DNA from: Cycas panzhihuaensis
Lineage: Eukaryota; Plantae; Cycadophyta
Assembly: GCA_023213395.1 (NCBI GenBank)
Contig: CM041465.1
Coordinates: forward strand, 122,457,741 to 122,521,740
Reading direction: 5' to 3'
DNA length: 64,000 bases
Shown here: piece after piece, positions 1-12,107 of the stretch
How the letters are laid out: every line of letters begins with the position of its first letter
Numbering within the stretch: position 1 is the first letter of the stretch
Notes under the pieces: model-generated
Seen by the model: only the letters and a program-made list of their open reading frames with translations
Database searches by the model: none
Told to the model about the DNA's origin: nothing
Made by a program: the position numbers and the translations under genes

Positions 1-56
1 TCCTAAGGTCACATAATTAATCTACATAAATGAGCTTAATATGTTAACCTCTTTCA
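1..56 (-). repeat. 3' LTR of copia-A (partial)
   Basis: tcctaaggtc...acctctttca is homologous to 7342..7397 and abuts the PPT complement atcccccccttaat. Confidence 0.9.
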
Positions 57-370
57 ATCCCCCCCTTAATGGTGGAAGGTCATTTTCAGAAAATCTATTC
101 TATGAGGTTTTCATTTGAGCCTCATTATTACATTGAAATTCTAAATGACACTTTTGTAGGAAAACCCTCATAGGAAATAAAAACCCACAAACTTTCTAAG
201 ATCTATAGCCCCTTTTATAAATAAAAATGGCTAAGGTAGCTCTTTGATGTAGCCTGATAACCAAGCTACTTAAATATGTAGCTTAATCTGTTAAGTCTCC
301 ATATATTGTTTGGTCATCCCCTATGCCCTTTTAGGTTTTCACAGGTTTTGATTTTCTAAAACAAGTACAA

Positions 371-475
371 CCCTTATCCTTCCGTGCCCACATGGGGTTT
401 TCACAAAGAGGATAGAGCAGAGACTTACTCTTATTCTTCTATGCCCACAAGGGGTTTTTACAAAGAGAATAGAGT
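371..475. repeat. Two ~48-bp hairpin-forming units (period 57) in the copia-A 3' UTR
   Basis: 371..418 and 428..475 share tgcccaca.ggggtttt.acaaagag.atagag. Confidence 0.8.
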
Positions 476-505
476 ATGATGATCCTGTTATCATCTTCTT
501 TGATC

Positions 506-3500
506 AATCAAAGATAGAGGCCCTAAGGCCGAGCTACCTTCAGAACTATTCAAACTTCAACCTTTGCAGCGGTTTGGTGAAGATATCGGCCACTTGATCT
601 ATTGTAGGGCAGTAATCTAATTGAATTATGCCGTCATGAACAAGTTCCCTAATCCTGTGGACTTTCATACTTATGTGTTTAGTACGATCGTGAAATACAA
701 GATTTTTTTCCATGTAGATTGCTAATTGATTATCCACATGAAGACTTATAGGACTTGTTTGGGCGATATTCAATGTTTCTAATAATTTTCTCAGCCATAT
801 CACCTCTTTACTGGTCTCAGAAGCATCAATATATTTAGCTTTGGCAGTTGAATCTACAACTATCTTCTGCCATTTGGATCTCAATGATATTGGTGCTGTT
901 ACAAGAAATGTTACATATCTAGACGTAGATCTTCCTGTATATTTATCTCCTGTAAAGTTGGAGTCTGTGTATGCAGAAAGCTTGAAGTCTGAATTAGGTT
1001 TATACAACAGACCATATTTGTTGGTCATCTTAAAGTATATCAACACTCGCACTACTGCCTGCCAATGATTCTGCTTAGGATTTATCATGTAACAAGCAAG
1101 AATACCGATAGAGTATATAATATCTGGCTTTGTATTGGTATTGTAGATGAGACTACCTACAAGTTTCCTGTAGAGTGTTGTGTCTGCCTCCCTAGTATCA
1201 CCTTCAGTTGAGAGTTTGGTGTTAGGATCCATAGGTAACATCACTGGTCGAGTATCTTCTAATTAAAACTTAGTTAGAAGATCATTGATGTATTTTTCTT
1301 AAGAGATGAAAAATTTTCCATTCTTTTATGTTACTTCAATTCCCAAGTAATATTTCATCAAACCAAGGTCAGACAATTTGAATGTTCTGCCAAGGTCCTT
1401 TTTCAGCTGGCTTATTGCCTGTTCACTATTACCCGTTACTAGCATGTCATCCACAAAGATTATAAGATAAGTGACTTTATCCTTATGGCGCTTGATGAAC
1501 AACATTACATCAATATCTTGATAGTCACAAACCTCTTATCCAAGTTGCCTCATCCTTTCAAACAACTTGGCAAACTAAGCGTGAGGGGCTTGTTTAAGGC
1601 CATACAAGGACTTTCCGAGCCTGTAAACCTTATGCTCTTGACCTTCGATCTCATATCCTTTTGGCTAAGCCATGTAAATTTCTTCTTCAAGATCTCCATT
1701 AAGAAACGTAGTCTTAATATCGAGTTGGTGTATTTTCCAACCCTGTTAAACAGCCAAGGCCACAAGAGTTCTAATTGTAGGTCACTTGGTTGTAGGTGCA
1801 AAGATTTCAGTGTAGTCGATGCCTTTCCTTCGTGTAAATCCTTTAGCTACCAACCTCGCCTTGTGTTTTTCAAGGGTGTTATTTAATCTATATTTATTTT
1901 TGAACACCCATTTATTTTGAACTATCTTTCTGCCAAGTGGTAGATCAATGAGCTCAAATGTACCGTTCTTGATAAGAGATTGGTACTCTTCGTTCATGGC
2001 GTTTCTCCAAGCTGTATGCTTTACAGCTTCTTGGTATGTTAAAGGATCTTCATTAAGAGTAAGGTGCAATTCTGTTAGTTTAAGCTTAGTATATAATGAT
2101 TCATGCATCCTTGCTCTATGGGCACTTCGAGTGCTAGTTTTGCCCACCTCATCTGGTCGTATGTCTTTATTGAGTTGGTGGGCTTCTTGAGATCCTCGAG
2201 TTGGGAATGATGTCCTTATTTCCCCAACTTTTTAGTTTTCATCATGCTCGTTAAAATGATTATTTTGTGAGGAGGATGTTGATGTGCCTAAGGAAGATGG
2301 TCCTTCTACCACTATTTTGCCTTTGTCAACTGAAGGTGGAGAGGATGGTTCTTCTATAATGGCTTTGCCTTTGTCAACTCTGTTATCTTCAAAAGATGGT
2401 GCTGGATATGCACTCATTGGTTCAGAGTCACAACTTATATCCTCTAAGGCTCTATTGTTAGCTTCCAATATTTGGAGTAATTTATATACGCCCCTCAAAT
2501 TTTAGAATCTGAACATCATACTTGATAACATTATTGTAGCGGCGTGAGGGTACTATGGAGTCTAATTTAAGTAACTGATCCTTTGTCTCCACAAAAATGA
2601 CATCTCTGGTAACGATGATTTTTTGTTGTGAAGGTATGAAGACCTTATACCTTTTCTTATCCATAGGGTATCCAACAAAGATGCCTTTAAGTGCCCTTGG
2701 CTAGAGTTTATTTTGATCTACATCTAGAATATGGGCATAGCATGTAGAGCCAAAAATTTTAAAGTAGTTAACAATGGGGGCTTGTCCTGACAACTTTTCA
2801 TTAGGTGATTGTGCTTCTTTGATGGGCTAACAACATTAATACAATAAACAACTATCCAGATTACTTCAGCCCATAAATATGTAGGTACATTTTTATATAT
2901 TAATATAGCATGAGCCATGTTCATGATTGTCCTATTCATGTGCTCGACAACTCTATTTTATTGTGGGGTACCTTCTATTATTGTTTGATGCTTGATGCTA
3001 TTGTCTCGAAGGTAGCTTTCAAACTCATGTGAGGTATATTCACCACCATTATCAGTTTAAAGACATTTGAGATGATAACCTAACTCTTTTTTAGTGAGGG
3101 GTTTGAATTCCTTGAATATACAAAATGCTTCATCTTTCTTGTGTAGAAAAGCTACCCATACTTTTCTAGTGAAATCATCAATTAAAGAGATGTAATATAG
3201 CTTGCCCTTCAGTGAAGGAATAGCCATTGGCCTGCACAAATTAGAGTGTACCAATTGTAATGGATGACTTGATTTCCACTGACTGTTAGGAAAGGGTTGT
3301 CGATGAAATTTGGCAATGATACAAGCTTCACATTTAAAAGGCTTAGAGGAAAACTTTGGAAGGTTTAGAAGAGTATTAGAAAGATCTCTAAGTCTATCAA
3401 TGTGAACATGGCCCATACGAGCATGACAAAAAGCTTCTAGTAATAATATTAGATGGGTCAAGATGGAATTAAATGCAAATTCTTCAATAATATCGATGGG

Positions 3501-5122
3501 TCAAGATGGAATTAAATGCAAATTCTTCATCGGCATAAGGGCTTTAGGCACAATGGACTTCAGAAGATGGAGAGCCATTCAGTCAAAAGAGTTTGCCAGA
3601 TAGATGTCCAGTCAAAACCACCTAATTAGTTGGAGGGTGAATGACCTTAAGAGTCTGGTCATTTGCGGTTACACTCAGATCAAATCCATGAGAAACAAAT
3701 ATGGATAAAGAGAGTAGGTTTCGTTTGAGATTGGGTATGTATAAGACATCAAGCAATGTAAAATCCTCTAAGCTTGGGAGTTTCAAGTGAATGTTGCCAA
3801 TTCCTTCAATAGGTTATTGTGATTTATTAGCTATGTGAACAACTCCATGAATATTTGAGTCAAATGTTTGATATAGACTATGATTACATGTCATATGTTA
3901 AGTTGCTCCTGTGTCTATGATCCACTATCCATCGATTGAAACCACACTATTGGCAATTCCAATAGGGCTTGGCATTGGTGAAGGGAATTCACAAGTAATA
4001 TATCCACACCGAGCTTCAAAGAATCTCTATGGTTGGTCAATGGCATTTTATATTGAAGATCCCTCAATTCTTTGAATGTGTGCTTGTACAAAACCTACAC
4101 CACTAAAGGATTCTTCATAAGTTTCTTCAATATTTGAGCTCTATGTTTTGGTTGGAGCTTGGCCAACTTATAAGTGGTAGTTCTACAATCTTTTGCTAAA
4201 TGTCCTTTATAGTTATATTGATCACACATAATAGTTTGATTACCAGTTCCTGAAGAAGTACTAGTTTGGCCCAACTGTCTTTCTCTTTGTTGAAATGGCC
4301 CTTAGCCTTGAAATTGTCAAGATTGTGATTGAGGGTTTGATTGGCCTTATGGACAATTTCTCATATTTCTTCCTCTTCCTCTTGCTCGGTTATTTCCTCT
4401 GCCATGAAAGGGACCTTGATTTTTTGTGTAGCAAACTTCTTCTTCTACCTTAAAGGCTGCATCTGGAAGAGAGTCAGAGGCTACAAAGTTTGTATCAAAG
4501 GTCTTGTCAAATTCTATGAACTTCTCAACAAGTGCTTCAAAGTTGAGTGTCTCCAATATTCCACTAGATTGAAGACTTCCAAGCAAGTTTTTATAATCAG
4601 GGACATATAAATATGACTAGATCAAAAATGCCCAAGTGATGCATTAGGTCTTAAAGTCTTTGTCAATTGCCTATTTGATTAGTCAAAGGAGATTTATTGT
4701 CTCATGAGCTTATCCCTTTTGCATTTTTTATTTATTCATTTTCAAAATAAGATGAACAAATTATAAATCTAACTTTGTATCAAAGTTCTTTCTAAGAACT
4801 TCTAGGACCTTCTAGGCTATATCATGTTCCTCTTCATTTATCAAGTTGTGCAAGGAGTGATCAATGACCAATAAAATTCCTATATGAATCTTTTCATTAT
4901 CTATCTCCCATTGTAGTTTAGTTGCAGCATCTATAGGAGCTATTGGGGCGGATCCACTAGAAGTAGTCATGTAGTCATTCTGGGTATCTCGGGTGTGGCC
5001 TCTGTGTGGGCTCTCTAAAGGCCTTTATACTTTGTAATATTTTTAATTCTAGTATACCATATATCCTAATTTTCTTTATCTTTCAATATGCAGTTAACAT
5101 TTTGCTTAAATTGAGATGACAT
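506..5122 (-). pseudogene. Disrupted copia gag-pol of copia-A
   Basis: RT/RNaseH ORF 546..1244 (YRKLVGSLIY, AYTDSNF, HDRTKHI, QVADIFTKPL). RT motifs KWVFKNK..KARLVAKGF and FVDDML near 1445. Integrase CEACIIAKFHRQPF..LIDDFTRKVW. Gag fragment 4347..4586; candidate ATG at 5122. Confidence 0.92.
3442..3528. repeat. ~43-bp tandem duplication inside copia-A pol
   Basis: gatgggtcaagatggaattaaatgcaaattcttca occurs twice in tandem. Confidence 0.9.
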
Positions 5123-7071
5123 GGTGATGATGAAGAAGTAGAAGAGATGATAGAAGTATGTACCACTAACACATGTGGCTAGTACACCTGGCATAACAGG
5201 GATGTAGAAATGATTGTTATGATGAGAAGCAAGCAATGATTAATTATTTTCAACAATTATATAAAAAATAAATATAAGTAATGATGCAAGAATGAGGTCT
5301 AATGTAGAGCTGGCAAAGAGTGGTGATGTGTCATGCCACTAATCTTTCACTTATATCCAAATGTAGGTGAGGTTTCGATGCCTAAGGCTTCTAATATACG
5401 ATTAGGGCCTTCACCTACGATACCCACACCTGCGCTTGGTGATGAAATTCAAGTCACAGTGGAGCCTAGGTATTCCTAGTCCTCACCCAATTCACCAATG
5501 AGTAGCTATATACCTCCTCCAAAGAGTCAAACGGTACTGTGTATCCTATGGCTATGACAGATATTGGACCAAGTTAATTTTAATCTTGTATTAAGATTTT
5601 TAGTTTTCCCAGGTGGTTATCAGGATTATCTCATATTAGAGGCCGTAGGTATGGCTAACCTGTCCCTCCACCACTATTTTGGTTAAAACCAAACCTAGTA
5701 TGAAACTCACACCTCCCTTAGGGCCTGGACTTCAGCTAACCTTGGTCTATTTCAACCAAGGTGAGTGTGTGCACAAGTCAAGAACTGGTACTATAGATCG
5801 TACAGATGAGATTCCTTTTAGGAATAGTGTAAGATGTTTCCGTATAATTGAAAACTAAAATAGAAACTTGTCAAATGTGCTTGCTTGCTTTATTATTGTT
5901 GTTGCTTTTATGATGCTTTATTGTTGTTGCTTCTTTTGTAATGCTTTATTATTGTGTGTACAAATAGAAAAGCATGCTAGATTTAGCAAGAGAACTAGAT
6001 GTTGCTTCCGATCCAAGGTTTCCTTTGCTTTAGTACAATGTCTCCAAATATGATTTTAGAAGTTTTAATACAAAAGCTACAATGGGCTAAAAATTAGATC
6101 AACTTGCCACTAAAATGATGATTTTTCTAAATCTATATGCATGTTATTTTGCTCTATTTTTTTATTTTTTTACAAAATTTACAGATAATGATAAATGGGT
6201 AAACTTTTAAAAATTATAAATATGAAGGCCTAAATGATGAAATCTGAATTTATGATAGAAGGAAAAAGTGTTCAGAATGTTATTTCTGATAGAGTTATGA
6301 AGTCATATTTTAGAAAATGCATAAAAAAAATTTTGCTCGAAAAAGCACCAAAGTAAAATCATGCCAGATCAACTATCTCATAATCTGAACTTCAATATGT
6401 CAAAAGTTATGTTTGACACATGTATTAATTTTTTTTTCTATACCATCTACAAAATCTACCAAAAATTACCCAAAATACCCTTGAAAGGTCCTTTGTGGGG
6501 TTAAGTATATAAAATTAGTAACCGTGAGAAAACTGCATAGATCTCACTAACCAGTGAATGAAATTTGATGAGCTTTATCTTAAACTAATCTTAAGGCATA
6601 AATATACAAGGTCCCTTAATAAAACTTTCATATCTTCATCTTATATTTAAAGGATTTCATTAGGAAAAGTGCTTTAAATCACTTATCCACAAAATTTACC
6701 CTTTTATCACAGCTAAAACTCACTATTTTAGGTTGAATCTAAAGTTTCTCTAGAAGACAAAACTGATTCTCTAGTCAATATGACCTTACATGCCAAATTT
6801 CATCAAATTCTGAGATGGTCAATTTTTTATGAAAATTTGGGCCTTTAATACTTTTGGGACTATTCCGGCAGCTGAACGGCTTCAAAAACTTGTATTCTTC
6901 ACCTCTAGATTTCTGTACACATGGACAAAGCAAAAACATATAAAATACTATAATTTTAATCTCTCAAAATGTTAACAAATAATTAATGCACTCTCAATAC
7001 TTCACATTGAAGGTGAATGAGAGGTAAAATAACTCCATGCAAGTGGAATGGAGTGAATAGATCCCCTTCTT

Positions 7072-7083
7072 GCTCTGATACCA
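7072..7083 (-). promoter_or_regulatory. Primer binding site (tRNA-iMet) of copia-A
   Basis: Minus strand reads TGGTATCAGAGC, 2 nt from the LTR end. Confidence 0.95.
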
Positions 7084-7085
7084 CA

Positions 7086-7397
7086 TGATGGAAGGATAGA
7101 TCTAGGAGATAAATCACTCACATACACACAATGGTAATGGAGAATGAAAAAGAATATGAAACAAGATATGAGAGCAAGCTTGGAGGTGAGAATGAATAAT
7201 GACTCCCTCCTTGAGATTTCACCTTTTATTATTGAGGGTAAGCATTAGGGTTAAGATTTTCTCGCCTAATGACATGAACCCGAAATTACATCTAAATGTA
7301 TATAAAGTACATTTCATTAAGAGACTAATGCTAATAATATATCCTAAGGTCATATAATTAATCTACATAAATAGCCTTGATACATTAACCTCTTTCA
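7086..7397 (-). repeat. 5' LTR of copia-A
   Basis: TG...CA termini, adjacent PBS, end matches 1..56. Confidence 0.92.
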
Positions 7398-7830
7398 TAC
7401 CCCTTTGTGGGCTTTAGAGGCCCATTACAAGGCCTTTAATTGGGGGGTTTGGGGGGCCAATGACCCTCTAAGTAGGGATTTGGAGATGGGAGCCCCCGAC
7501 AAAAAATTTTAGGTGTCTTATAGGGGTCTTTATCAACCCATGGTTTATGCCTATTATATTATAAAATTGTAGGGTGATATCTTATAAAGTTATGTCTATA
7601 TATTCTTATGTAATGACATATGTAAAAATGTTAGATGAGTCTTTGATGAGTCGATGAGAAGAGTGATATATGTAATTCTTTAGCTATTGCTTAGATTAAT
7701 AAAAGGTCTAAGCTTAGACCTAAATCTCTTGGTGTTATTTATTATGTGATTAGTTTGTTTATGTTATTTATTCTTTATATGCTTTAGACTTTTATTAATA
7801 CATTGCTTCTATGGTTATATTTTCTCTTCA
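7398..7830 (+). repeat. 5' LTR of copia-B (first ~55 bp displaced by the copia-A insertion)
   Basis: Homologous to ~15070..15512; ends ...ctcttca before the PBS. Confidence 0.88.
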
Positions 7831-7917
7831 TTTGGTATCAAAGCTAAGGGTTTTTAGTTTTGTGTGAAGCCATTTAGTGAGTAGGATCCTTATTCAGTGA
7901 ACTTGAGTATAAAGATC

Positions 7918-10900
7918 ATGGTAAGTACTATGAGGAGGGAGATTGAAAAGTTTAATGGCTAAAAATTTGAGTTGTGGAAGTTAAAGATGGAAGATATCCT
8001 CATCAAGAAGGATCAGTGGATCATTGTAGTAAGAACAAAGCCTACAACCATAACTTATGAAGATAAGAATAAGCTTGATTAAAAAATAATTAGTTTGATA
8101 AGGTTATACCTTTCAAACACATGTTGTTGAATGTTATTAAAGAGTCTACAGCCAAAGATTTATGGAAAAAGTTAGAGGCTTTATATTAGGCTAAGTCCCT
8201 AGTTAATAAGTTATTTCTTAAAAAAAAACTATATCCAGTTAGGATGAGTGATAGAGATACAATTCTAGATCATCTTACTACATTTAAAAATGTGATGAGC
8301 TAGCTTATTTTAGTTGGTATAATAATGTCTAAAGAAGATAATTGTATTACCATGTTATATTTGCTTCCTATCATAGGATAATCTTGTGATAATGATTAAC
8401 AACGTGACTACTACCCTAAAATTTAATGATATTATTACCACCCTGATATCAAAATAGATAAGGCAAAAATCTTTTGAGAATCATTCAAAAGAAGCATTAG
8501 CAGTGAGAGGTTGAACATCAGATCATGACCAATAAAGGCCTAGTAATAGATGACCAAAATCTAGAGAAAAACTTAAATCTCTAGGTAAAGGCCCCTTGGT
8601 ATGTTAGAGATGTAGGAAGGTTGGCCATATGAAGCTCATTATTGAGTCAAGATTGATAAGGAAAAGTCACTTGAAAGAAGTAGTTTTGATGGTTTTGATG
8701 GTGATGTTTATGGTTTCGAGGTTTCAATGGTGATGTTTATTTAGAAACCTCAAGTAAGTTGTTAAATGTTAAGTCTTAGTTAACTAACCTTAGTGCTTCA
8801 CTTCATGTTACTCCCTATAGAGAGTGGTTTTATGAATATAAAAGTATTAATATAGGTAAAGTCTTTCTTTGTGATCATTACCCATATAAAATTGTAGGTC
8901 ATAGAAGGGTGAAGGTTCAACTTAGGGATGGAAGGGTTAAAACTATCCCTGATGTGAGTTATATTCCTAGTTTAGCTATGAGTCTATTGTCTATTAATCA
9001 ATTGGGTAATGCAGGAATGGAAGTGATTTTCAATAAAGATAGTTGTAGAATGGTTCAAGGGGTATTGGTGTTAGTAAGAGGGGTCAGATTTGGAACACTA
9101 TACAAGCTTGATGCAAGCATAATGTATGTTGGTAGTTACAATCCAGTTATTACATAAAGTAGCAATAATGTAAGGAGGACTCAAGTATCACTTGCTAGTA
9201 AAATTATGATGTGGTATCAAAGATTTGGCCATATTAGAGAGAAAGGTCTCCATGATTTATTTTCCAAAGATGTAGTAAAAGCCATCTCTAGAATTAATGG
9301 CTCCTTTAATTTTGATTTCTGTGAGTATTGTATATATGGCAAATAAAATCGAATTAGTTTTCCTTCAAACTTAAAAAGAGTAAAGGATATTCTATAATTA
9401 GTACACAATGATGTTTTTGGACTCGTAAATGTACTCTCATTGGGTGGGTCTAAATACTTTATCATATTTGTAGATGATTTCTCAAGAAAGACATGGTTAT
9501 ACTTTCTTAGGAAGAAATATGAGGTCTTTAATAAATATAAAGAATCCAAGGCCTTGGTCAAGAATCAAAGTAACAAGCAGATCAAGGTACTAAAGACTAA
9601 TAATAGAGGTGAGTTTTGCTCAAATGGGTTTGAGAAGTTCTGTAAGTAGTATGGGATAATAAGGCAAAAGATAATTCCCTATATACCACAATAGAATGGA
9701 GTTGTTAAAAAGATGAATAGGATCTTACTAGAGAGATTGAGGAATATGCTCAATGATGCTAGTTTAGAGAAGAAATTCTCGGTAAAGACTATGATAATTA
9801 CAATCTACTTGATAAATAGATCACCGATGACTGTCTTAGTATATAAAACACTTGAAGAAGTGTGGTCTAGTAAGAAACCATCTCTTGGTCATCTTCAAAT
9901 TTTTTGTTGTAAAGCTTTTATGCATGTTCCTAGACTATAGAGGGCTAAGGTTGATTTCAAAGCATAAAAGACTATTTTTATTGGCTATGGTAATGGTGTT
10001 AAAGGGTATAAGCTTTATAACCTTAAAACATAAAAAGTTGTGTATAGTTATGATGTTGTCTTTAGAGAGGAGTTCAAGTCTTTAAAGCAAGATAAAGAAC
10101 CAAAGGAGGAAGACTTTAAGAAGGTATAATTTGAGGTAAGGGATAAAGATTCTACATCAAAATATAAGTCAGTTGAAGAGGAAGGACCAACTATAGAGGT
10201 AGATCAACCTCAAGAACCCTATATCTTGATGAGATTAACTCGTGAGAAAAGATAACCTCATAGGTATATTCCTGAAGGCTCCTCTTTTATTTTATCTACT
10301 ATAGAGGATGATCTAGGTACTGTTTGGGAGGCTCTAGGGTCAAAAGAGAGCCAACTCTAGATGAAGGCCATGGAAGAAGAAATAATGGCCTTGGATAAAA
10401 CTAACATATGGGGTTTAGTAGATCTACCTTATGGTAAAAAACATATTGATAACAAATGGATCTTCAAGAAGAAGTTCTATGAAGATGGTACTATGGAAAA
10501 GTACAAGGCATGCTTGCTAGCCAAGGGCTATTTCCAGGTTAAGGGAATATATTTTGATGAGGTATTTTCTCTTATTACAAATTAGATTTAATTAGATTTT
10601 TGTTGGTTATAACAACTACCTATAACCTTGAGGTGGATCAAATGGATGTGAAGATTGTGTTTCTTTATGGTGACCTTAAGAAAGAAATTTATATATTGTA
10701 GCCTTAAGGGTTTAAAATTATAGGGAAGGAGAATATGGTGTGTAGGTTAAAGAAGTCATTATATAGCTTGAAATAGTCACACTAAGGATGTGGTATTAGA
10801 AGTTTGATTCATATATATTGGCATATGGCTTTGTGTGCAGTAAAGCAAATCATTATGTTTATTATGAATAGGTTGGTGATCACTTTATTATTCTAGCTTT

Positions 10901-11890
10901 ATATGTTAATGATATACTTTTAGTTGGTAATAATAAAGAAATGAACTAACTTATGAAAGGCCAACTGACATCTCATTTTAAGATGAAGGACCTTGTTGTT
11001 ATATATTTTATTTTGGATATTGAGATTAAAAGGGATAGAAGAAATGTGAAAAATTGGCTTAACCAAAGGTAGTACATTGAGACAATATTGCAGCAATTCA
11101 GGTTGTAGGATGGTAAACTAGACAATAGTCATCTTCTTGTTGGTTTAAAATTATTAGTTGAATAATGGCCAAAGACTCACCAAGAAGTTGAAGACATGGC
11201 ATTTATCCCTTATGCTAGTATTATTGGTAGTTTGATGTATATGATGGTTTGCACTTGACCAGACATTACCCATGTAATAGGAGTAGTTAGCAAGTATATG
11301 TCAAACCCAAGTAGGGAGCATTAGGTGGCTGTAAAAAGGATTTTTAGCTATCTACAAGGTACATTAGACTATAGAATTTATTACTAAAGAGATTCCATAG
11401 AGAGTAGAATAGTGAACCTAAGAGAATTTGTTAATGTTAGTTAAGCTAGAGATCTTGACAATAGAATATCTACAAGTAGGTATGTTTTTACCCTTTATGG
11501 TGGCATAGTCAATTAGATGAGTAAAAGATAATAAGTTGTGGTACTTTCTAGCACAAAAGTAGAGAATATAGCAACTACTCATATATTCAAGGAAACAATT
11601 TAGTTATAGAGATTATGCATAGATGTTAGCTTCAAGTATAATATTATGAGGATAGATTGTGATAGTTAAAGTGTAATATCCTTGATGAAGAACCATATAT
11701 TTCATACTTGGTCAAAGCATATTAATGTATAATTCTATTTTGTTAGAGAAATAGTTTAAGATTACAAGGTGGACTTGCAGAAGATTGTTATATAGGAGAA
11801 TACTATAGATTCATTGACCAAGATTATTAGCATAGAAAATTTTAGATGGTATAGAAAGGCAATAGGCATTTGTGATTTTGGCATTAAATA
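7918..11890 (+). pseudogene. Disrupted gag-pol, copia-B copy 1
   Basis: Fragments KYFIIFVDDFSRKTWLYFLRKK (INT), KWIFKKK..KYKACLLAKGY and LYVNDIL (RT), RNase H tail; many TAG/TAA stops. Confidence 0.92.
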
Positions 11891-11935
11891 GTTGTGTATG
11901 CAGGATTCTTGTAAAGTGTTCAATAAGTGGGAGAT

Positions 11936-12103
11936 TATTGGATATATTAAACACTTTGTAAGTATTACATGGGTATAGGTGTTATACTTGTGCCACTTTT
12001 TGGGGTCTGAGGGCTTGTTGTAAGGCCGTAGGTTGGGGGGTCTAGGGGGCATAAGCCCCCCAAGCGAGGGTTCAGGGATGGGAGCCCCTGAGGAATTTTT
12101 TTA
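11936..12103 (+). repeat. Truncated internal LTR of copia-B
   Basis: Follows the PPT and matches 15016..~15180, then switches abruptly to sequence homologous to ~9034 onward. Confidence 0.88.
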
Positions 12104-12107
12104 TTGT

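Larger units (their letters stand above)
1..7397 (-). mobile_element. Ty1/copia LTR retrotransposon (copia-A), degenerate; 3' LTR cut by the window edge
   Basis: LTR 7086..7397 matches 1..56 at its end (about 7 mismatches in 56). PBS-Met at 7072..7083, PPT at 57..70. Domain order gag-PR-INT-RT-RH on the minus strand. Confidence 0.95.

Noticed and set aside
841-2505. Plus-strand ORFs (75-133 aa)
   Set aside because: Antisense shadows of copia-A pol.
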